Assembly: GCA_016794425.1 (NCBI GenBank) | Contig: JAEUHR010000043.1 | Location: 128,141-192,140, forward strand | Length of the DNA: 64,000 bases | Direction of reading: 5' to 3' | DNA from: Planctomycetota bacterium | Lineage (GTDB): Bacteria; Planctomycetota; UBA1135; UBA2386 | Shown: positions 8,417 to 17,012 of the stretch, piece by piece | Layout of the letters: every line of letters starts with the position of its first letter | Numbering within the stretch: the first letter of the stretch is position 1 | Made by a program: the position numbers and the translations under genes | The notes under the pieces: generated by a model | The model's input: the letters and a program-made list of their open reading frames with translations, nothing else | The model's database searches: none | Told to the model about the DNA's origin: nothing

Positions 8417-8791
8417 ATGCGCACGCGACCGATTCCCGCCGTCCTGATCCTGCCCCTGCTGCTCTTCGCCGCCTGCAGCGACGACCATCCGTTGGCCGGC
8501 AACTGGGCGCAGAAGACGCCCGACGGCAAGCCCGGCATGAGCCTCGAGTTCGACACCAAGGGCACGCGCCTGATGGTGCACACGGCGCCGCGGCCGGACG
8601 GCGGCCACGATCACGTCGAGGGCACGTACACCTGGGACGCCACGGCCAAGACGCTGGCCGTCAAGGCGGCCCTGCTCGGCCCTGCCAAGGCCGATTCGTG
8701 GACGGGCTCGATGAACGACTCGACCGTCGAACTGACTTCGCCGGACGGGAAGCTGCTGTTCCAGCGCGGCGGCAAGCCGCACGGCCACTAG
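8417..8791 (+). CDS. hypothetical small exported protein / possible lipoprotein
   Basis: Internal ATG start. The signal MRTRPIPAVLILPLLLFAACSDD has a Cys after FAA (non-canonical lipobox). Confidence 0.55.
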   Translation: MRTRPIPAVLILPLLLFAACSDDHPLAGNWAQKTPDGKPGMSLEFDTKGTRLMVHTAPRPDGGHDHVEGTYTWDATAKTLAVKAALLGPAKADSWTGSMNDSTVELTSPDGKLLFQRGGKPHGH

Positions 8792-8839
8792 GGGCCCCTC
8801 GCAATCGCCGCCGGTCCGCCTATCTTGCGCGTCCGCGCC

Positions 8840-9259
8840 ATGAGCACCTCGCCGCACTCGGACACGACGACCGCCGGCATCCGGATCCAGGCTGCCGCGG
8901 ACTTCCAGCCCACGCAGTCGGAACCGGCGCGCCGCCGGTTCGTGTTCCGCTACCACATCACGATGACCAACGTCGGCGCGCCGCCGGCGAAGCTGTTGTC
9001 GCGGCACTGGCTGATCGTCGACGGCGACGGCAAGCGCGAGGACGTGCGCGGCCCCGGCGTGGTCGGCGACAACCCGCAGCTCGCGATCGGCGAGAGCTAC
9101 AGCTACGTCAGCTACTGCTCGCTGGCGACGCCGTGGGGCACCATGGAAGGCACCTACACGTTCGAGCGCGGCGACGGCTCGCGCTTCGTCGTGCGCGTCG
9201 GCCGGTTCCTGCTGGTGCCGACGGCGCCGCCGCTGGCGCTCGAGTCGCCGCAGCACTGA
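8840..9259 (+). CDS. apaG: ApaG (DUF525) protein
   Basis: RRRFVFRYHITMTNVG...LLSRHWLIVDGDGKREDVRGPGVVG...GESYSYVSYC...PWGTMEGTY matches E. coli ApaG from memory. Confidence 0.85.
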   Translation: MSTSPHSDTTTAGIRIQAAADFQPTQSEPARRRFVFRYHITMTNVGAPPAKLLSRHWLIVDGDGKREDVRGPGVVGDNPQLAIGESYSYVSYCSLATPWGTMEGTYTFERGDGSRFVVRVGRFLLVPTAPPLALESPQH

Positions 9260-9314
9260 CCCGGGCGGACGCTGCGTTCTTGCCGGCCCACGGGGGCGCA
9301 GCTAGGTTCGGCGC

Positions 9315-10844
9315 GTGCCCACGATCCGCCTCGGCGACCCGTCGCTTCCCCTGACCACGCTCGTCCAGCTGAGCCGCCCGGGCCAGCGCATCGCGTTGTC
9401 GAAGCAGGCGCGGCAGAACGTGCAGCGGAGCCGCGCCGTGGTCGCGCGCGCCGTCGCGGCCGGCGGCACGATGTACGGCATCAACACCGGCTTCGGCAAA
9501 CTCGCCGGCGTCCGGATCCCCGACGACCAGCTGGCGCAGCTGCAGCAGAACCTGCTGCTGTCGCACGCGACCGGCGTCGGCGAGCCGCTGGGCCAGGACG
9601 CGAGCCGGCTCGCGTTCGCGCTGCGCATCCACAACCTCGCGCTCGGCTTCTCGGGCGTGCGGCTCGAACTGCTCGAGCAGGCGATCGCGCTGTGGAACGG
9701 CGGCTTCGTGCCGGTGATCCCGAGCCAGGGTTCGGTCGGTGCGTCCGGCGACCTGGCGCCGCTGAGCCACATGGCGCTGCCGCTGATCGGCCAGGGCTTC
9801 GTGCACGACGGCGACCGCGTCGTCACGGGTGCCGCGGCGCTGAAGCGGCTCGGCCGCGCGCCGCTGGTGCTGCGCGAGAAGGAAGGGCTCGCGCTGATCA
9901 ACGGCACCCAGATCATGACCGCGCTCGGCTGCCTCGCGGTGCACCGCGCGATGCTGCTGGCCAAGGCCGCCGACCTCGCCTGTGCGATGACCGTCGAGGC
10001 GCTGCGCGGCAGCGAGAAGCCGTTCCAGCAGCGGCTGCACGAGGTGCGTCCGCACGAGGGACAGCTCGCGACCGCGGCCAACCTGCGCGCGCTGCTGGCC
10101 GGCAGCGCCGTGATGCCGAGCCACGCCAACTGCGCCAAGGTGCAGGACGCGTACTCGCTGCGCTGCGCGCCGCAGGTGCACGGCGCCGCCAAGGACGGCA
10201 TCCGCTACGCGCTCGACGTGCTGGTCACCGAGGCCAACTCGGTCACCGACAACCCGCTCGTGTTCCCCGGCGGCGACGTGGTCAGCGGCGGCAACTTCCA
10301 CGGCCAGCCGGTCAGCCAGGCGCTCGACTTCCTGAAGATCGCGGTCAGCACGCTGGCGAACATCAGCGAGCGCCGCATCGAGCAGCTGGTCAACCCCGAC
10401 ATCTCGGGCCTGCCGCCGTTCCTGGCCAAGAACCCTGGCCTCGAGAGCGGCTTCATGATCCCGCAGGTCGTCGCGGCGGCGCTGGCCAGCGAGAACAAGA
10501 CGCTGGCGCATCCGGCCAGCGTCGACACGATCCCGACCTCGGCGAACCGCGAGGACCACGTGTCGATGGGGGTCACCGCCGCGCGCCACGCCGAACGCGT
10601 GGTCGCCAACACCGCCAAGGTGCTCGGCATCGAAGTGCTGTGCGCGGCGCAGGGGCTCGACCTCGGCGCGAAGCTGCGGCCTGGCGCCGGCGTCGCGGCC
10701 GCGTTCCGCGCACTGCGCAAGCGCGTGCCGATGCTCGCCCGCGACCGTTTCCTCGCACCGGATCTGGCGGCGGCCGAAACGCTGGTCACCGACGGTGTCC
10801 TGGTGGCCGCAGCCGAGCAGGCGGTCGGCGCGCTCGCGGTGTGA
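9315..10844 (+). CDS. hutH: histidine ammonia-lyase
   Basis: GTG start. MIO-forming motif GSVGASGDLAPLSH. YGINTGFG and NFHGQP are also present. Length 509 aa. Confidence 0.95.
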   Translation: MPTIRLGDPSLPLTTLVQLSRPGQRIALSKQARQNVQRSRAVVARAVAAGGTMYGINTGFGKLAGVRIPDDQLAQLQQNLLLSHATGVGEPLGQDASRLAFALRIHNLALGFSGVRLELLEQAIALWNGGFVPVIPSQGSVGASGDLAPLSHMALPLIGQGFVHDGDRVVTGAAALKRLGRAPLVLREKEGLALINGTQIMTALGCLAVHRAMLLAKAADLACAMTVEALRGSEKPFQQRLHEVRPHEGQLATAANLRALLAGSAVMPSHANCAKVQDAYSLRCAPQVHGAAKDGIRYALDVLVTEANSVTDNPLVFPGGDVVSGGNFHGQPVSQALDFLKIAVSTLANISERRIEQLVNPDISGLPPFLAKNPGLESGFMIPQVVAAALASENKTLAHPASVDTIPTSANREDHVSMGVTAARHAERVVANTAKVLGIEVLCAAQGLDLGAKLRPGAGVAAAFRALRKRVPMLARDRFLAPDLAAAETLVTDGVLVAAAEQAVGALAV

Positions 10845-10898
10845 ACCGCGGCCCATGCTGCGCTTGCAGCGCTCGGCGCGCCCGGCGACGCTAGCGGG

Positions 10899-12554
<1,656 letters not shown>

Positions 12555-12799
12555 CCGGCGCCGGCGGCGGGGGTGCGGCCATTGGCGCGGCGCCGTCGCC
12601 CGGGTATGACTTTGGGCCACCAAGTCCGGCCCTGCCGGGCTCGGCGCGTCGCTGCGTGCGCCCATGGCACGGGGCCGGCGCCGCCGCGCCACCGTCGGTC
12701 CCTGCCGCGCGTCTCTCGTCCGCCGCCGAAGTTGACCTCCCGAAACAAGTAGCCGCCGCCGGCGATCCGAAAGATCCCGAGCCGCCGGTCCGAGACGCG

Positions 12800-13576
12800 A
12801 TGTTCCGCCGCAATCCCAGAGCAGCCGACCCCGACCGGGACGCCGGTCTGCAAGAGGACATGGTCGTCATCGTCGACCAGTCCGTGAATCCGTACCTGGT
12901 GCTGTTCCACGAGCCGGCCGGCTACCGTGCCGAACAGGTGCGGGCGCTGCGCAACCGGCTGGTGGCGATGAACCCCGACGGCGAGCCGAAGACGCTGGTC
13001 GTGACGTCGGCGGTGCGTGACGAAGGCAAGACGATCGCTGCGCTGAACCTGGCGATGGCGATGGCCGAGCTCGAGCGGCAGCAGGTCGTGCTGATCGACG
13101 CCGACCTGCGGCGCCCGGGCTGCGAGCGCTACCTGAACCTGAACCCCGAGCCCGGCCTGACCGACGTGCTGCTCGGCCGCACGACCGTCGAGAAGGTGCT
13201 GCGCCCGGCGGGCTACCGGCAGCTGATGCTGATCGGACCCGGCACGCGCGTCGGCAATCCGGCCGAGGTGCTCAGCAGTTCGCGGCTCGACGAGCTGCTG
13301 CAGCGGCTCAAGGAGCGCTACCAGTACATCGTCGTCGACACGCCGCCGGTGCTGCCGTCGACCGACGCCGGCGTGCTGGCGTCGCGCACCGACGGCACGC
13401 TGGTCGTCGTGCGGCTCGAGAAGTCGATGAAGAAGCAGACGCGCGACGCGGTGCGGACGCTGCAGGACATGGGCGCCAACGTGCTCGGCTGCTTCGTCAC
13501 CGAGCTGCGCGGCGCCGATCCCGAGAGCGATCGGCGGCTCGCCTACGAGCCGCAGGCCGGTGAGGAGGGCACCTGA
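12800..13576 (+). CDS. soluble P-loop ATPase of the CpsD/CapB (BY-kinase) branch of MinD/ParA NTPases, lacking a C-terminal Tyr cluster
   Basis: Walker A VVTSAVRDEGKT, A' VVLIDADLRRP, Walker B YIVVDTPPV. The N-terminal EPAGYRAEQVRALRNRL is typical of the family. The tail ELRGADPESDRRLAYEPQAGEEGT has one Tyr only. The start is uncertain (12800 or 12860). Confidence 0.8.
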   Translation: MFRRNPRAADPDRDAGLQEDMVVIVDQSVNPYLVLFHEPAGYRAEQVRALRNRLVAMNPDGEPKTLVVTSAVRDEGKTIAALNLAMAMAELERQQVVLIDADLRRPGCERYLNLNPEPGLTDVLLGRTTVEKVLRPAGYRQLMLIGPGTRVGNPAEVLSSSRLDELLQRLKERYQYIVVDTPPVLPSTDAGVLASRTDGTLVVVRLEKSMKKQTRDAVRTLQDMGANVLGCFVTELRGADPESDRRLAYEPQAGEEGT

Positions 13577-13578
13577 CC

Positions 13579-14364
13579 GTGTCGGGCTTCAAGGAGACGT
13601 TGAAGGACGCGGTGCGGCAGATGTCGTTCCGCACCTCGTTGGACAGCCTGAAGAAGAAGGGCGTGCAGCAGGTCAACGTGCTCGGCATCGATCGCATCAT
13701 CGCGCTGATCGAGGCCGCCGTGCACCGCAGCCTGAAGTCGCGGCTGGTCGGCGTCGAACGCGAGGCCGTCGCCGACGCGACGAAGGCCGAGTTCCTGCGC
13801 ATGCTGCGGACCAACGAGGACCTGCAGCGGCAGAAGAGCGAGATCGAGCGGCAGAAGGAGATGGTCGAGGACGAGGTCGACCAATTGCGCCGCGAGATCG
13901 CCAGCCAGCAGCAGGCCCTCGAGCTGCGGCTCGAGGAGGGGGCGCTGTCGATGGCGGCGCGCTACGAGGGCGAGAACGCGGCGATCGCCGCGAAGGTGCA
14001 CGAGGTGCTGAAGGCGCTGGCCGCCGCCGGCAGCTCGTCGATCACCGACGCCGAGGAGCGCGTGATGGCGCTGGTCATGGACATCGTCTCGGTCGAGCGC
14101 CAGTCCGCCGACGAGGCACGCCGCGCGCTGCGCGACCGCGAGGTCGACACGCTGCAGCGCCGGATCAAGAAGCTGTCGGAATCGCTGGACCTGACCGAGC
14201 AGCGGCTGCAATCGGTCGCGGCGATGAAGAGCCTCGACGGCGGCATCTCGTCGATCTACCGCGAGGTGCAGGGCGTCGACTTCGGCGACGTCCAGGCCGG
14301 CAAGAAGAAGGAACTGATGGCCGAGATCTTCAAGGCGAACCTGAAACTGCAGAAGAAGCAGTGA
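13579..14364 (+). CDS. coiled-coil protein (261 aa), no recognised family
   Basis: GTG start 2 nt after the previous stop, preceded by GAGGAGGG (13562-13569). Heptad-rich, charged segments (EDLQRQKSEIERQKEMVEDEVDQLRREIASQQQALELRLEE; REVDTLQRRIKKLSESLDLTEQRL). Confidence 0.65.
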   Translation: MSGFKETLKDAVRQMSFRTSLDSLKKKGVQQVNVLGIDRIIALIEAAVHRSLKSRLVGVEREAVADATKAEFLRMLRTNEDLQRQKSEIERQKEMVEDEVDQLRREIASQQQALELRLEEGALSMAARYEGENAAIAAKVHEVLKALAAAGSSSITDAEERVMALVMDIVSVERQSADEARRALRDREVDTLQRRIKKLSESLDLTEQRLQSVAAMKSLDGGISSIYREVQGVDFGDVQAGKKKELMAEIFKANLKLQKKQ

Positions 14365-14398
14365 GCCCTGGGTCGGCCGTACTCACGAGACCACGAAC

Positions 14399-15472
14399 AT
14401 GAGCGACACGAAGCAGACGGAAGACGCGCCGAAGAAGGACCACGGCGTGCTGTACATCGGCATGGACCTCGGCACGTCGCGGACCTCGGTGTCCGCCAGC
14501 AACGGCGTGCGGGAGACCGTCTACTCGATGGTCGGCTACCCGAAGGACGTCGTCAGCATGAAGCTGCTGAAGAAGGAGGTCCTGTTCGGCAAGGAGGCGC
14601 TCGAGAAGCGTCTGTCGCTGAAGCTCTACAAGCCGCTCGAGAAGGGCGTGCTGAAGTACACCGGCGACGCCGCCAAGGACGCCGAGGCGAAGGCCAACCT
14701 GAAGGCCGCCCAGGACCTGATCGGCGAGGCGATCCGGCTGGCGAAGCCGCGCAAGGACGAGCTGGTCTACTGCGTGATCGGCGCGCCGGCCGAGGCGTCG
14801 GTGAAGAACCGCGAGGCGATCATCGAGGCGGCGCGCGCGCACGTCGACTCGGTGATGCTGTGCAGCGAGCCGTTCTCGGTCGCCTACGGGCTCGACTGGC
14901 TCGAGGACGTGCTGGTCGTCGACATCGGCGCCGGCACGACCGACCTGTGCCGCATGCACGGCACGATGCCCGAGGAGACCGACCAGGTGATGTACGACAT
15001 CGCCGGTGACGCGATCGACGAGGAGCTGTCGCGCCGGATCACCGAGACGTGCCCGGGCGCGCAGTTCACGATCCACATGGTCAAGGACATCAAGGAGCGC
15101 TACGGCTTCGTCGGCGACGCGCCGGAGCGCTGCATGGTCGACCTGCCGGTCGACGGCAAGCCGACCGCGTTCGACCTGACCGACCAGATCCGCGCGGCCT
15201 GCTCGATCCTGATCGACCCGATCGTCAAGGGCATCCACAAGCTGATCGCGTCGTTCGATCCGCAGTTCCAGACCAAGCTGAAGAACCGCGTGCTGCTCGC
15301 CGGCGGTGGCTCGATGGTCAAGGGCCTCGACAGCGCGGTCGAGAAGGCCATGAAGGAACGGCTCGGCGGCGGCAAGGTCATCCGCATCGAAGAACCGATC
15401 TACGGCGGCGCGAACGGTGCGCTGAAGATCGCGCACGACATGCCGGCGGACTTCTGGGAGCAGCTCAAGTAG
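14399..15472 (+). CDS. MamK-family bacterial actin-like protein
   Basis: Actin-fold motifs MDLGTSRTS, VIGAPAEAS, VVDIGAGTTDL, LLAGGGSMVKGL and GGANGALKIA. MamK-like strings recalled from Magnetospirillum MamK are VGYPKDVVSMKLL, SEPFSVAYGLD and the C-terminal PADFWEQL. Confidence 0.85.
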   Translation: MSDTKQTEDAPKKDHGVLYIGMDLGTSRTSVSASNGVRETVYSMVGYPKDVVSMKLLKKEVLFGKEALEKRLSLKLYKPLEKGVLKYTGDAAKDAEAKANLKAAQDLIGEAIRLAKPRKDELVYCVIGAPAEASVKNREAIIEAARAHVDSVMLCSEPFSVAYGLDWLEDVLVVDIGAGTTDLCRMHGTMPEETDQVMYDIAGDAIDEELSRRITETCPGAQFTIHMVKDIKERYGFVGDAPERCMVDLPVDGKPTAFDLTDQIRAACSILIDPIVKGIHKLIASFDPQFQTKLKNRVLLAGGGSMVKGLDSAVEKAMKERLGGGKVIRIEEPIYGGANGALKIAHDMPADFWEQLK

Positions 15473-15518
15473 GGCGCGGCGCTGCAGCGGGCGCGCTGCG
15501 CGCGCGGCTGAGCGCCGC

Positions 15519-15568
15519 GGGGCGGGTGGGAGGGGGTGGGGCGAGGGGGCGGCGGGCGGCGAGCGGGG
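15519..15568 (+). other. G-quadruplex-type G-tract cluster
   Basis: GGGG-C-GGG-T-GGG-A-GGGGG-T-GGGG-CGA-GGGGG (15519-15549), with further GGG/GGGG runs to 15568. It starts 47 nt after the MamK-like stop, on the sense strand. Confidence 0.6.
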
Positions 15569-15664
15569 CTCGCGCCCGGGGCTGACGCGGGGGTGGTTCC
15601 GGTGCTTTCGGCTGACCCAAACCGGGCCAAGCCAGTCAGGGCCTGGGCTTTGCGCCTGTGTTCT

Positions 15665-15694
15665 TGCCAGTGCCAGTGCCCGTGCCCGTGCCCG
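15665..15694. repeat. hexanucleotide tandem repeat (TGCCAG)2(TGCCCG)3
   Basis: Five head-to-tail hexamers read directly at 15665-15694, in the intergenic space between convergent genes. Confidence 0.8.
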
Positions 15695-15705
15695 CGGCGC
15701 CTCGC

Positions 15706-16428
15706 TCAGCGGACTTCGTACTGGGCTTCGAGGATCTCTTGCAGCTGGTAGAAGTCTTGGATGTCGTGGCTCGGCTCGGTCGCGCCGACCTCGTCGGTGT
15801 GGCGGCCGCCGCGGCGGATGCGGGCGGTCCACCAGCCTTCGGCGTTGCAGGGATCGATGTCGTGCGTCGGGTTGTCGCCGACGTAGAGGCAGCGGTTGGG
15901 TGGCAGGGCCAGGCGCTGCAGCACGCGGCGGTAGAGCTTCGGGTTCGGCTTGCTGAAGCCGACCTGGTCGGTGAAGAAGATCGCCGACGGGGTCAGGAAC
16001 TCGAGCACGTTGAGCCGGACGAGCTTCTCGGCCTGCTTGATCGTGATGCCGGCCGAGACGATGCCGCGCACGAGCTTGGTCGTCGCGAGCCACTTCAGGA
16101 CCTCGTAGACGTCGTCGTGGACCTTGAACTCGCGCCACTTGGTCTCGTGGTAGGCGGCGACGCCGGCGGCGACGATCACGGCGCGGTTGTGGCCGGCGGT
16201 CGATTCGGGACCCAGACGGTCGAGCACTTTGTCGAAGTGGCCGCCGTAGTTGCTCGAGAACTCGGCGATCACTTCGTCGAGTTCGCGCGTCGCCTCGTCG
16301 CGTTCGGCGCGCAGCCCGGCGGCGATCATCGCTTCGATCGCAGCGCGGCGGGCCTTGCCGGCGAACGCGGACGTCGAGAACAGCGTGTCGTCGATGTCGA
16401 AGAAGATCGCGTCGAGGCCTCGGCTCAC
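15706..16428 (-). CDS. HAD-superfamily hydrolase
   Basis: Motif I FFDIDDTLF, motif II-like VSAG, motif III-IV SKPNP...YVGDNPTHDI. The GTG start at 16428 forms a GTGA overlap with the upstream gene's stop (16425-16427). Confidence 0.8.
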   Translation of the reverse strand: MSRGLDAIFFDIDDTLFSTSAFAGKARRAAIEAMIAAGLRAERDEATRELDEVIAEFSSNYGGHFDKVLDRLGPESTAGHNRAVIVAAGVAAYHETKWREFKVHDDVYEVLKWLATTKLVRGIVSAGITIKQAEKLVRLNVLEFLTPSAIFFTDQVGFSKPNPKLYRRVLQRLALPPNRCLYVGDNPTHDIDPCNAEGWWTARIRRGGRHTDEVGATEPSHDIQDFYQLQEILEAQYEVR

Positions 16429-16904
16429 GGCGGCAGTTGTCCGCCATCGGCTCCGGCCTCGCAACCCCTCTCGGGGCGCTGGCGCCGCGGGGCCAGGTCG
16501 ATGCCCGGTGCCGGGTGCCGGATCAGCCAGAAGGCGGCGGCGGTGCCGAGCACGTTCAGCCCGGCGTCACGCAGCGTGTCGAACGTGTCGCGTTCGGCGA
16601 CCGGCCAGAGCCACTGGCCGGCCTCGTGCAGCAGCGTGATCACCAGCGGGCAGCTGCAGCCGATCCACAGGGCCGCCCGACGCTGGGCGGTGCTGGTGGC
16701 GCGGTGCACGCCGACGAGCCACGTCGTGCCCAGCGTGGCCGCCACCAGCGCGAAGAAGTGCAGGCCCCAGGAGCGCAGGAACACGTGCCAGCGCACGAAC
16801 AGGACCAGGTCGATGCCGACGACCATCGCGGTCGAACCGAGCATCGCGGCGACCCAGCGGCGCGTGTAACGGCGCCGCGCTCGATCGAACTCCGGGCGGG
16901 CCAT
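16425..16904 (-). CDS. hypothetical integral membrane protein
   Basis: Four hydrophobic helices (e.g. AAMLGSTAMVVGIDLVLFV, HFFALVAATLGTTWLVGV). Overlap-coupled to the HAD gene. No family recognised. Confidence 0.5.
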   Translation of the reverse strand: MARPEFDRARRRYTRRWVAAMLGSTAMVVGIDLVLFVRWHVFLRSWGLHFFALVAATLGTTWLVGVHRATSTAQRRAALWIGCSCPLVITLLHEAGQWLWPVAERDTFDTLRDAGLNVLGTAAAFWLIRHPAPGIDLAPRRQRPERGCEAGADGGQLPP

Positions 16905-17012
16905 GCCTTGCGGATGCGGGAGGCGGTCGGCCGCCTGCGCCCGGGCGGCCGCCGATGCGGCGCCGCCGGGTGCCCTGTGGTCAGGGCCGGGTGGTCAGGG
17001 CCGGCGCAGCCC

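Noticed and set aside
12732-12737. TTGACC hexamer upstream of the P-loop ATPase gene as a -35 element
   Set aside because: No acceptable -10 hexamer lies at 16-18 nt spacing; the sequence there is GCCGCC.
12800-13576. Interpreting the BY-kinase-like ATPase as part of an exopolysaccharide (Wzx/Wzy or PEP-CTERM) locus
   Set aside because: There is no Wza, Wzc periplasmic domain, glycosyltransferase, flippase or polymerase gene nearby. The C-terminal tyrosine cluster is also absent.
14399-15472. Interpreting the MamK-like gene as evidence of a magnetosome island
   Set aside because: No other mam or mms-type genes are present anywhere in the 64 kb. That includes cation-diffusion facilitators like MamB/M, HtrA-like MamE/O, MamA-type TPR in context, and MamI/L/Q. 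The neighbours are hut genes and a HAD hydrolase.
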